A stretch of 64,000 nt of DNA from Vitrella brassicaformis CCMP3155. Lineage: Eukaryota; Protista; Chromerida. The stretch is taken from the NCBI GenBank assembly GCA_001179505.1, contig CDMY01000254.1, forward strand, positions 62,001-126,000, in the 5' to 3' direction. Position 1 is the first letter of the stretch, and every line of letters begins with the position of its first letter. This document shows, one piece after another, positions 48,731-61,200 of this stretch. The notes beneath the pieces are model-generated. The model did not search any database, was not told where the DNA came from, and saw nothing but the letters and a program-made list of their open reading frames with translations. Both the position numbers and the translations under genes were made by a program.

Positions 48731-51700
48731 ATGCGGCAAAGCTGCATGCTGTTCGTTGCTGGTTCACTCACATCACCTGGTGTGCATGCCGCTGTGAGAT
48801 AGATCTGGCAACGACGCCATCTAACACCTGTTTTGGTGTGTTGTTTGCCAGATCTATCTCAATTCCCCTTGGTCCAGAGGCGAGGCGCCTTCCTGAGTAC
48901 AAGGCCTCCCTTCCCCATCCGTCCCTTGCGCTCTCGCTCACAGCTCCTGCGATCAGCCGCACCACCGCTGGTGGAGGAGGGACCGCCTGACAGCCGTGGA
49001 GTCCGTGCGGTGCCTGGGGACAAAGGCAAGGATACCGAGGCAAACCTTCCGCTGCTCGTCGACTTGCCAACTGAGCTCAGGTGATGCATGAGCACACCAC
49101 AGCCTGCTTCGAGTCGCATATGGAGTACATCCCACTTAATCGTCCGTATGGGTGTGTCAGGATAAAGCTGTTGGATGAAGGCCGCACGGCTCCACGCCGT
49201 CAGCGACTCATCCGGGACGAAATCAAGCGGCAACAGAAGATGACTCCAGGCACTAAAGGGCCAGCATGGTACGGCACATGGCAACCTACCGCAAGCAAGT
49301 GACAGCGTGCGCCGTTTGCCGATGGCGCTGCCGCCTTGTTTGTTCCTCCCCTCAGGCAGCCGAGGAAGAGCATGATCAAGATACAGGAGCGGCTGGTGAT
49401 CGAGCAGCTGGTACGCAGTCAGGCCAAGGACGGCGAGCGGCAGAAGTGGCGAAAGGTGAAGCGACTGGCGCCGCAAAAGAAATTGTTGCCAATCTCAATG
49501 TTCAGGGTGAGTGCGCCAGCCAGAAAGCAAAGCAGCAAGCTCAAAGGAGGGGGGACGTACACATGCAAGTGGCACATGGGGCTGAATGGACGTGTTTGTG
49601 CAGGTTGGTGAGAGGATTCGTGGTCGTGTGATTCAGCTAAAACAGCACGGCGCATGGATCGATATCGGGTGCACACAGAAGGCACTGCTGCACATACGGG
49701 TGAGGCGATAGATAGCGACTGCCCGCTTTCGTGTGCCCTGTGTGCCTTACTACCCCATCCTGTGTGCTGGTGTTTCAGGACATGGCGGAGGAGGGCGAGG
49801 GGTGGATCTCAAGCCCAACTGATAAACTTGTCCCAGGTCACACACTTGCGACCAATCTGACATGCCTTGGAGCCTTTCTCTGCCGCTTTCTCCGCAGGCC
49901 AAGAGCTCAATGTGACCGTCAAATATGCCGCACCATCACAGGTGGGCATCGACCCACTCATGTCCCCTTAGAAGGCAGGGGTGCTGTGCTTGCCCGTCGT
50001 CGCCTCTCTAACAGGGTGTGTTGGCCGTAACGCTCCGACCCAACGATGTCCAGAGGCTGCAAAGCCAGCCGGCAGTGGTGCCGGAACAGGCAGGGCCGGC
50101 AGAGCGCCGAAGACCAGTGGATTCCTTTCGCTTGGAGGAGAGGGTCGACGGAGTGGTGACGCGGGTGACTGAGAAGGGCTGCTTCGTCGACATTGGGGCT
50201 GATGTCGATGCATGGATGCATACGGTAAGGTATCATCCATCATGCGCAAAACCATACGGCACATGTCGTTGATTGATTGTCTGTTGCCGTTGTTAGATGG
50301 ATGTGGAAGATCCCTATCGGGATCGTGGGCGCAACTTCAAGGCCACGTCGGATTTCTTCCACGTTGGCCAGCACTTTCAGGGGCTGTACATCAAAACAGT
50401 CGACAAAGTGCGAAATCGGTGAGTAAGCGAATCTTGAAGAGCCCTGGGCGGTGCTTCATGCTCCTTTTAGTCTCTGTCTGGCTCTCTTCCTGTAGGTTGC
50501 GTGTGACTCCTTGGTCATACCGAGAAGAGCTGGACCGTCGCGTGTGGCATGGATTCGAAACACTGGAGGAACAAGTACACAGTCATACCTAAAGGCACCG
50601 ACTCTCTCTCCCATGTCACTGTGCGTATGTCCAGCACGAGTACGCCCCCGTTCCGGCCTATCAGCGCGAGGAGATTTTGCGGCGACAATCCTCAGAGCAC
50701 CAACAAGAACCGATCATGACAAGACAAGCGACACTACCAGCAGCAGAAGAGTCGCATCAGATGTCCGAAACGGTGTCCCGCGATGAGGCGCCACAGCTCC
50801 CTTCTCACCCGACATCAGCACCTCTGTCGGCCCATGCTCCCGTCACTTCCACAGACCCCTTAACCTTGGATTACCAGGACCTCCTGCAAGTGGCGCAGCG
50901 GAAAATGACGGGCAAGGATGAGAAGGAGAAAGAAGAGACGGTCGGTGCAGCAGGTCTGCAGCCAAAGGCAGCTGTAGCTGCCTCTCAAGCAGACACGAAA
51001 TCAGAGGTGCCACCCGTCACTCGCGCAGGAGACGTCAACCAGCGCCTCTCCACGTCTGATGCTGGCCGAGCTCCTGCTGGACGGAGGAGGACGTCTGAGG
51101 CTCTTTCGTCTATCGAGGAGAGCAGGATAGATGAGCTGACGAGTCGGATCGAGGGTCTGAATGAGGGCATGAGCATCACTCCTGAGATGCGGCGCAAGAT
51201 CATGCAGGAGGAGCCACCGGAGCTGACAGAAGAGGACTTCAACTTTGACAGGGACAAGGCGCTCGACATCAGCCAGTGGGACGACGAAACCAGAGGTCAC
51301 CCGAGATGAAATAAGCGGCATGCGCACCCACTCGCACGGCATGCTTGTTCGCATGTTCCTCCTTCTGTCATTCGTGCAGCGGCTGCCCGCGCCATCTTTT
51401 CGGAGGCTCCCGAGGATTGGGAGAGGATAGTCTACTCCAAGCCCGAGATGGATGTGCCGACGCTTGATAGCTTCGTCAACCCCGCCCTGCGCGACCCATC
51501 CAAGGTGAGGCTGCTGAGCTCGGAGGGGGAGGTGAGGCAATACCTCAAGGGCATCGAAAGAGAAGAGGACGCAACCGATGAAGAGATTGCCTACGAGGAG
51601 GACATGCCGCTCACCAAGGACCAGCAAGAATATGAAGACTACCTAACCAAGTACGCAGACAAACGATGCAAGACGCATTCATCCACTCATTGTGGGTATC

Positions 51701-52912
51701 GCCGTGTCAGGATCTTCGATGCCGAAGTGGCTCAGCAGGTCGCTGGCAGCAACGGGACTACCCTGAAGGATGATGGCTTTGTCGCACCAACCTTCAAGGG
51801 CCACCAACCGTCGTCACTGTCGTCCCAGACCATGCTATCCCCTCCCCCGTCTTTTGAAGACGACGACGTCCCGACTGCTCCGTCAGCTGGTGTGATCAAC
51901 CTCTCTGCCATCCGAGCGAAGAAGAGGGCTCAACAGCAGATCAACAGAGAGAAAGAGATGGCGTTTGAGGAGCACGAGCAGATGCGGGAGGAGAGCATGA
52001 CGGCTGCTGCTGATGCACAGCAAGTGTTCTCTTCCGCGAGCGATTACTCACTGCCAGCTGACTGGACGGTTGCAGACGTCTTGGATGCAGATCAGCGTTT
52101 TCGAGGGCGCACGTTCGATCAAGATGTAAGTAGACACGACACGGACACGTAGGGCAGGTTGTACGCACCTCACCCTGCTGTTCGGTGTTCTTTCCAGCTG
52201 GATGACTTTGGGTACGCCAAGTTGGTCGAAGAGCTCAACGACGAAGACCCAGAGATGCTCAAGTGAGACGGACGGTTGCAGGCTGAAGACGCATTCTAGT
52301 GCGATGCTGGTTTCGTGCATTGCTTGTGTGTACAGGGATCCTGCAGTGCAGACTATTCTCAAGAGCCTGAGAGAGTACGAAGCAAATCCAGAGGAATGGT
52401 AAGAGATTTACCTTGCGGGAGCAAGTGACCGCAATGGCTCATGCCCCTGTTCTGCTGCATAAATCAGGTATCGCAACAACAAGGAAGGAGACGAGCCATC
52501 AGCAGAGGCGCTTCTGCTCCGTGACTTACGAAGGGCGTCAATCGCCAGCGGTGAAGTCGTGCGAGTCAATGCGCCGAAGACAGGAATTCTGGACGCCGCA
52601 CCCACTGCCCGCGACTATGATGCAGACGAGGCGGGTTTTCTGCCCCTTGACAATGCGTTCTCGTCGCTGCTCGCCAACACACTCGGACGAGGCGATGTGG
52701 AGGAGCCTCCCCCTCTCTCAGAGAGAGAGAAACTTCGCCAGCTCTTTTCTTCCCCCGCATTCGCCCAGAGGCTGAAGAGGTTAGGTCTGAGTCTTCAAGC
52801 TGAGGACATTGACATAGACAGGTTGGCGGAGTTCCGTCGGAAGGTTGTGGAGGACGCATTGGTTTTGAGTCGTCAGAATCCAAAACTGCGTTTTCGAGAA
52901 GACGGTAGCTAA
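48731..52912 (+). CDS. Large protein with two S1 RNA-binding domains and a long acidic C-terminus; probable bipartite plastid leader
   Basis: S1-1: VGERIRGRVIQLKQHGAWIDIGCTQKALLHIR|DM...GQELNVTV. S1-2: LEERVDGVVTRVTEKGCFVDIGADVDAWMH...FHVGQ. Leader contains GAFLSTRPPFPIRPLRSRS. Start uncertain. Confidence 0.65.
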
Positions 52913-53103
52913 GTGTAGCTAAGTTGGCCGTGTGTTGAACAGTGCGCGTGTGCTAAGTTGACCGTGTGTCCGACCTCTTTGTACGATCAACGCATTAATC
53001 TGCATCCACGCCATCTACTCAGTCAAATCCATCCATCCATCCATCCACCCCTTCTCTCTCACACTTTTCTCTCTCCTTCTTTTCGCGGTTCCACTCTGGT
53101 GAC

Positions 53104-54532
53104 TCATCCCTTTGTCTTGGTACTCAGCCACCTGTGTGTCCACTCTGGCTTGTTCAGCTCGCGCCTCATCCCAACCACCAGCGATGAAAAGGTCTACCGG
53201 GGTGTCCCGACAAAAAAAAAACGCAATTCGCCGTTTAGTATTGTGACACACGTAAGTATTGTCGTGAGGTATATCCATTTCTGACCGATTGTCTGTTCAA
53301 CGGCGAGCCTGTACAAAGGGATACTGCACTGCTTCAGCATCTTCCCGCTACACCCCAGGATAGTGGCTGGCGGCAATGTCCGGCGCAGCTGTGCGAGATC
53401 ACCTAAACCCATATCAGTCATGACAAACACGCCCTTGGGTCTCAGTTCCAGCCATGCTGTGATCCCCTTGAGGATGTCCGGGATTGAGCCGGCCTTTCTT
53501 CAAGTTCGCAATTCATGCGCACACACAGACACACACAGAGCAGATAAACACAGCGGAAGCACGGCGACTTTCTTTATGCTCTGTTTACATGTCTCCGTGC
53601 CAAATATGAAAGCAGGCGATTGAATTACCAGGAGTCACGGTCAGCTTGTCGAGCAGCTGGCGTGGGGCCTTGTCGACCTCATGCCTGAAGTGCACAACTT
53701 TTCGCGGGCAAGCGGGACGAGGGCCAAAGAAAGCCAGTAAGCCCCTAAATGCGACGAGTGGACAGAATCAGTGCGAACAGTCACATCTATGTCATGTCTC
53801 ACCTGGCGGCAACAATTGAGAAGTTGTTTTCCCTCATCAACCGTTCGATTCCGTCGCGAGACTCAATTGTACGTAGGGATCCCGGCTGCGTCCAACGGAT
53901 AGTCTCATCCATGCCTCGCTCTGTCCAGTCAGTAGGCACTGGAACGCGTCCGTGTGTCTCAGAACTTTATGTGGGCTGCTCATTGCCAAGCCGCTCGTGA
54001 ACAAGCCGGCGTGGTACCATGGCCTCACCAGGCAGTCCGCTGACCACCGGGCTGGGTCTCGCCATTGTGCACCCATGGACGAGAGGCGACCAGAGAAGAA
54101 CAGTGCTAGCTGGGGATCCGCAGCCGCATGATCCTCAAAACAACAACTTGACAACGAGAACAACGATCCCCAGTATTCAGTGCTTCTGCACTGAATTTTT
54201 GGGTTGACCTGCATCCACTGCTCGTTCAACGCCCAGCTGACGCCCATGCCTGGGCTACCCATTGGGCAAATGAGAAGAGCGCGGCGCGAAATCTGACAAT
54301 AGGCAGCGAGCGACTGTTACACACTTGGTACCTGTGCAATGTCAAGGTTGTTTGTGCGATTGGTATACCTTCCTCGTGGGCTGTACGCCATCGCGTGGGT
54401 CGTGTCAAGCAGCGGCTTGGATTTGTTTGTTCGGCGCTTGTCGGACAGAGCCTTCTCCGGCGACACGGCTGTCTGCGTCGACAGCCAAAAGATGCAGATG
54501 ACAGCCCAGATAGAGAAAGCAAGACGGGACAT
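53104..54532 (-). CDS. O-fucosyltransferase-like (POFUT/GT65-GT68 fold) type II protein with an in-frame TAG at 53194-53196
   Basis: Anchor MSRLAFSIWAVICIFWL. Motifs AYSPRGRYTNRTNNLDIAQ|ISRRALLICP, VVHFRHEVD, VFVMTD and LAVEQTI...FFVGTPR*TFSSLVVGMRRELNKP. Confidence 0.6.
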
Positions 54533-55168
54533 GCCACTTGTTCCTCAATTTTCTGTCTCGGATCACATCGCCACCAGACTAGCGGACAGTCGCGGACCCA
54601 TGGTCGCGGACGTAGGAATCAGACGCCCCATTTACCGCAGCACTTGAAGGCATCTGGCTTTATGGAACGTGTACAAAGCAACCAGCCCTCCGCTCCAGGC
54701 CCCCTCTGTGGTGTTTTGTTTTTTGTTTACATTTTTGTTTCTGTGTGTGCGTTTTCTCTTTCTCTCTTCCTTCTTTTCTTCTTTTCTTTTCTTTCCGGTC
54801 TGGTGCGATTTTTCTGTCTGGTGTCCTCCCGGTCCTCGCTTGCGTGTCTTTCTTGACGATTCAAGACAGTGCTTATCTGCTCACTGAACGTCCGCGCTTT
54901 GGGCTTCGGTGCGCCCCGCGTCAGTCGTCTTTTCCAGGTTGGCGAAAAAGACACTCGGCTCGAGGCCCATGCAAAAGCGGTTCAGCTTGTCCCGTCTTCT
55001 TCTTGACGTCGATTGTTCGTCAAAGTCGGCACTGCGGAGCTGTCGGTCGTTACCACAGCCTGTTTGGGGGTCCTTAGCTATCGCCGCACACGTCCCCATC
55101 ATCGTGTGTCTGCAGCTCACAGACATACACTGCGACCCGTGGGGTTCTTTATTTTTTGTTTGCGAATT

Positions 55169-56527
55169 TTAAAAGGAGACGCTTCCGCTGTTTTCTTGTC
55201 CCAGGAAGTGAGCGCTGGTACGCCATAAATTGTCAATGTGCGTCTCCGTTAACTGTGGCAAATTCAATCGGTGGCTCGTCCCGTCTTGGTCACTTTCCTC
55301 TTCTTCGACAAGACGCGCCACGTGGAGGCCGTGGTAAGTCTCCTGCTGGTCGCCTTCTTGCTCTTGCTCATCCTCCGCGACATCGGTAATGTCGGCATTC
55401 TCATTGAAGTAATCGCCCACGTCTAGCTTCGACCGCAAGGGAGGCCACAAGGTACAGTCTGGCCGATAGTACGAGAGCCATAAGCACACATCATGCGCAC
55501 GCAATCTCCACGGCTTCTGCCGACCGCTATAATGTAAGATGCGAGTCTTGGCTAGCCGGCCCATGGTGAAGCTGCGCTGGGCACACCACAGAGAGTTCCA
55601 TGTCTCATCGAGCGCCGCGAAGCCCCATTTATGAGCCAGAATCGAGAATGGCAGAGAGAATGCTTCTTCGAGATATATTCCTTTCCCCTGCGTCGCATGA
55701 TGGCCCCGTAGATGGTGTATAATGCTTTCAGCGGCAAAAATCAAATTCAGCGCTCGCCAAGCTGACAAGTTAGCAACAAATACCTGCAGACAAAGGTATA
55801 TTATCATTGCCATTCGCATATAAGCATCGTATCATCATTCACGGAGACCCCAGGATTGAGAAGACGCGATGCCGATGGATCAATCCTCAGCTGCCGACAG
55901 ATACGTTCTCCTCTCGTATGAAACGCATCCTTCAGCAGTGGCGAATCCGACTGGATAGGCACAGCAAGCGCATTTTGGCCGGCTCTTGCGAGTCGAAATG
56001 CCCCGCCTCCTCCCAGCCTTATCTGCTGCGGTCGTCCAAGTGCAGCGAGCCCTTCATCGTAGAGCTGTCCAATATCGGCTCCGGCCAGTATATCCGTGTC
56101 AAGCCACAACACAACTGAGCAGGATGGCAGGAGCTCAGGCAAATACAATCGCAAGAAGTTCATATGTGTTTGAGGAAGCCGTCCATGAGCGATGCGGATC
56201 AATGAGGAGGGAAGCAGGGAATGCTCGCCTTCACCAGGGTCACGGAGCTCAATCTCATGGAAAGTGACAGATGGCTGGCTCCCCGGGTGAGTGAGTCCGG
56301 CTGTGTAGCATCTGTATGCGCTTGCGACGGACGCAGATAGAGACGCGGGGATGAACAAATGAAAATGCAGGTCTTCAGGCGTTTGTGAATGGTAAACAAC
56401 GGACGCAAGCGTCACCAGGATCCCAGCCAGATGGTCATGCGTAGCTGTCACAAACAATAATAATACTCCCGTGCAATTTTTCAATCACTGTCTCACCTGC
56501 CATGGCAATTTGTACAGTGCCAGCCAT
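55169..56527 (-). CDS. GT8 (GATL/galacturonosyltransferase-like) glycosyltransferase
   Basis: MAGTVQIAMA|ATHDHLAGILVTLASVVYHS, NFLRLYLPELLP, VLWLDTDIL (DxD), LLNPG|VFVANLSAWR, LDETWN and ILHYSGRQKPW. Confidence 0.85.
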
Positions 56528-56678
56528 TCGGGGCAGGAGCGATTCAAGTCTTGCTCACGTGTGAGGCAAGTTTACAGCATGGGTAAACTTCGCTTGCTTC
56601 TTTGCAACAACGCGTGTGTGGCCCCCCGCGCATCGTTACACATCAATCATCTGTAGTCTGTACAGCGTAGTGTTGCAC

Positions 56679-58009
56679 ATGAAAACGTCAGTGTCAGCAC
56701 TGGTCGTTCTCACTGGCGTCGCCTCATTCCTTTTCTGGTTACGGACATCAGAAAAAGGTACGAAAGGATCTCCTGCTCAGCGCCTACTGTGGCTGCTGTG
56801 TGTGCTTTTCTCTGCTTGTCTCCGGCCAGTCACCTTATCACGAACCTCGTTCCCAAGGCGATACCTCATCGACGACTACTGACCGTTGCGGTCGGGAGGT
56901 GAGAAGAGACAGGGACGAAAAAGACGGTTTCATATAGGAGAGAGATGCTCACACAATTACTGCAGGGCAGGGTCGTGCCCTGAGAAGTGCCTGTTCATCC
57001 ATCGTTATCTCCCGGAGTGGGTCAGGTAACAAGAGACAGGCTGCGAGTCGATATCCAAGGGTCTTTCGTTCAGATATCGGATTGTCGAATACGGTGACAT
57101 CAGCGAATTGGAGAGTCAGCTCCAGCATGACAGTACGGATGTCATCATCGTCGCAAGGAACACCTCTGACCTCTCCATCTCACGCCTTGGGGAGTGCGCT
57201 CAACGACGCAAAGAGAAAGGCTCGTCGGTTGGTCTCTACCACATGGCAGACATCGGCAACAGCGGCTTCGGGCGGGACTACGGCGAATTTGATTATGTGA
57301 TACGGATGCACTACTTTTCTAGGCTGCGTCGTGCCGCTACAGGACTGTTTCTGTATTCCCTGTCGAATCTGACCTGCTCACGATCAAATGGACCTGATGG
57401 ATGGCCGCCAGTATTGAAAGGTGACAAGGACGACCGTTTCATCCCTAGACTGTCCACTGGCAGCTTCTGCCGCCTGGCTTTCCGGCCGACATGTACGACA
57501 GAGAAGGCTATTCAGCTTGGCCTGCTTCCATGCGGAAATACGACTGCACATTCGTCGGCTGGCCAAGGACACACGGTAGCAGAATACTCTTGTCCGCGCT
57601 AAAGAAGCACCCTTTCGGCAGGCGGCTCAAGTGTCATTTATCTGTGCAGAGAAAGTTTAGACGAGAAATCGGGCCCTATTCTTACCAAGTTCACTACTTG
57701 TCCACAAGCAAGATCGGTTTCTGCCCAAGGGGAACAGGTCCTGAAACAATGCGTTTTGCTGAGGTCCTCGGCGCCGGAACAGTTCCTGCCATGCTGCCCT
57801 CGAACTTTCATTCGGTGACTTTTTCTCGATTTCCCGGCGTCATCGCAAGCTCGTGGCCGAAAGTGTTTGCGAAGATTGGCGAGCTCCTCAAGGATCCAGA
57901 GAGGCTAGACGAGGTCCAAGAGGAATGTGTGAAGTGGTACAGGAGACTGCGCGAGTGCGAAAGGGCCGGAATAGATGTGCTCCTGAGACACGCTTTGACG
58001 GACAAATGA
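56679..58009 (+). CDS. Exostosin/GT47-like glycosyltransferase, type II membrane
   Basis: Anchor MKTSVSALVVLTGVASFLFWL. Exons LYHMAD...DYVIRMHY and RKYDCTFVG, plus the hallmark SKIGFCPRGTGPETMRFAEVLGAGTVPAML. Confidence 0.72.
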
Positions 58010-58278
58010 AAGGACGAGAGACAAAGCACTTCTCTCCTCCTCTGAGTCCTCCCCGACGAGACGACATACAGCACAGAAAGGAGGCAAGGGCATTGCGGTG
58101 ATCAGATGAGGCATGGTTGTCTGTTGGTCACCTTCGTGAGGGACCTGCCGTGTTTGTCTTCTTCACAACTCCTGCTGGTGGTCAGGGGGACTGCTGTGAA
58201 ACGGATCTACACCGTGACGGAGTAGCATTGGACAACCATGGGCGACCAGAACATCTGATCTAGACACGAGAGCTGAAG

Positions 58279-61200
58279 ATGACGACGTGCTTCCCTCCTC
58301 TCGGGATTCTCCTCCTCCTCATGCTTCTGTTGGTTCAGATCTTTCATCCTGCTTTCATCGTTGCCGCATCCGAACCAGACGTACACGAGGATTTGATTGG
58401 CTGCGAGGGACATATCATCGGAGAGGTGTGAAGAATGAAGGTGGCATGTACGCCACGCTTCCTGCCCGTGTTTCTGTGTCAGGACGGCCTCATCGTCACT
58501 GAGGCCATGTACCCCACTCATTCAACTGGCGAGGAAGACGGTGATCAATCTCCTGAAATGAAGATGGACCTGTCAGTTGTCAAAGTGTCCCTCTATACCG
58601 AGGAAGGCATTCTTAAGGAGTCCCAATATTGCACTCCCAACGGGTAGTTTATCGAGAGAATTTGCATAAACCGTAACACTCGCGTGTGTGTCTGTCACTA
58701 TGCGCCCAGGTATTACTTCTTACCGATCCCGGATGCGCCGAGGTCGGCGAGCCACAGACGCGCATATCTCATCCGAATCGAGGGGCCTGCAGGATGGACC
58801 TTTCAGCCCAGCGAAGTGCGGGTGGAGAGCCTAAGCGACTGCAAGAAGGATATCAACTTCGTCTTCGCGGGCTTCACTTTACGCGGACAGGTGCTTGCGG
58901 CTGACGACACAGGAATGAAGAGGGGACCCCCTGGTGTCATGGTGACGCTGGTGCGTGGACGAGCAGGAGGAACGAGTGAGGCGTTACTGGCAACAACAGT
59001 CACCCAAGAGGATGGCTATTACGAGTTTGCGAATGTGTTCCCTGGTTGGGTGACGCTGCGGGCTTCACATCCGCATTGGCGCTTCAGCCGCGATGAGATG
59101 GAAGTACAAGTGCATTGGCGGCATGTCAACTTGACATCAGCGCGTGAGGGTGATCAGCTGATGGTGGCGGGCTTCGATGTGGAGGGTCGAGTTGTCACGG
59201 GTAAGTCAGGGGAGGAAAAAGGACAGAAGGTCTGAAACCTGGTGCCTTCTTCTTGTTTTCGGTCAGCCAACGACGACGAGCCCGTCTCTGGCTTAGCCGT
59301 CCTTATTCGATCCTCCAGCTCTGCTGTGTCCCCTTTCTACAACTGTCTGCCCTCAGCCACGCAACCAACTGAAGAGGTTGCCGAAGCCATCAGGGACGCA
59401 TTCGGCATGGACGCATCGCAAGAAAACGCTCTCGAGGACATCGCAAAGCTGGAGGCGGGCAATGCCTGTGTGACGCTGTCTCTCGGAGACGGTTCATTTC
59501 GTTTTCCTCAAGTTCCAATCGGAGATTATATTGTGAAGGTCATGGGGCGCCCTGTGGACGTTCTGCTTGGCTCGAACAAGGGTGCATCCTTACCCCGCGC
59601 ACTCGAGATCTCGCCGAGAGATATGCCTGTGAGGGTCGAGCCCAAGAGCAACCAATTACTGGATACGTTCCAGGTGACGTCACGCTGCTGATCAGGAGCA
59701 GAAGGTGTGCACGTGTGCCTCCCTTTCTACCGCAGGTCGTTGGCTTCAGTGTTGAAGGCCGTGTTGTACACGCTCTTCCAAGCAAAGGCACCGGTAGGAA
59801 AGAGAAACAGCGACCGAAGCCCCGTGTGAATGTGCGTCCGTCTGCTGTCATTTCAGAGGACAGCATTGGGGTTGAGGGCGTGTCCATCATCCTTGACGGC
59901 CAGCCTGCTGGCGTGTCGAGGGATGATGGATATTTCACCCTGCCTCGAGTCAGCCCTGGCAGCTACACAGTCGAGCCGATTCACGAGCACCTGTACTTTG
60001 ATCCAACACAGGTGACTCCCATTGGATTCGCAAACCAGTGGCGCTGCATGATCGCGTCATGTGTGCATTTCCGTGCATGTGCAGGTCCGTTTATCTCTTC
60101 ACGAGACGGAGCTACCGTGGATCCCTGTCTCGTCCTATGACCTCTGTGGACATGTGGGCATCGAACAAGACCCCCAAACTGCACCAAGCGGGAAAGGTGC
60201 GCGTGACGAATGAATGGGTACATTAAGCTGGTTCCTTGTGTACGCGCAGGCAGGGGAATGGTTCTGCGGTCCCGGCAGGATGGAGGAGAAAGGAGGACAA
60301 CAACGAAGCCAGATGTACGCAAAGTCTTAGAACACTTTCACATGCACAACAGGCGGCGTGTACCGTATTTCTGTGGCCCTGTGTACAGGGGGGATTCTGC
60401 TTCGAGGTGCCCGCTGGCTCCTACGAAGTGTATCCGATCATCTCCGAGGAGGAGACGAAGAGGGGACTTGTGCTCACGCCAAAGACAAGGGTGGTCCATG
60501 TCACAACGGCTCCGCTTCTCACAGTGGACTTCCGGCAGAGCAAGGTGGCTGTGCAGGGCACCATCCTACCTCTGGGTGAGAGATAAAACTAGACGACAGA
60601 AAACGCATTTGTTACCTGCGCTTGCTTGCAGGCAGCGCACCGAGTGTCGAGTTGAAGCTGACGCACCGAGCTGATGCCTCTGTGTCCACAGCAACGGCAA
60701 CACGTGACGGTACTCATCCGTGGCAGTCGAGATGCGTCTACGCAGATGCTATTGCCACATCCCTTTCGCTCTGGACATTTCAGGCATGCCAAAAGGCTCG
60801 ACAGCGCTGGCTTTCCGCTTCCCCGACGTGCTTCCCGGGTCGTACGATCTCAGTGTGCAAGAGCACAACTGGTGCTGGGCACAGGATACATATCAGGTGA
60901 AGGCATGAGGCGTGCGCTCAACCTTTGCGATCAACATATCTCCTGTCCTGTGCGTCGTCAGCTTGACGTCGGCGAAGACGACGTGACATCCCCCCCGTTC
61001 CAACAGACGGGCTACCTCATATATGGCACCGCATCGCATCCCTTCACCTTCACCCTCACGAGTCAAGAACAAAGCGGCAACGCATCAGCTCCTCTATCGC
61101 TCATCGACTCGCAGGGACTCCAGACCAAGCCGCTATCGCACTCGTCCCTCATGGTGTCATTCGCCGGTGTGCCTTTCCGGTTCTGTTTGCCCGTGATCGG

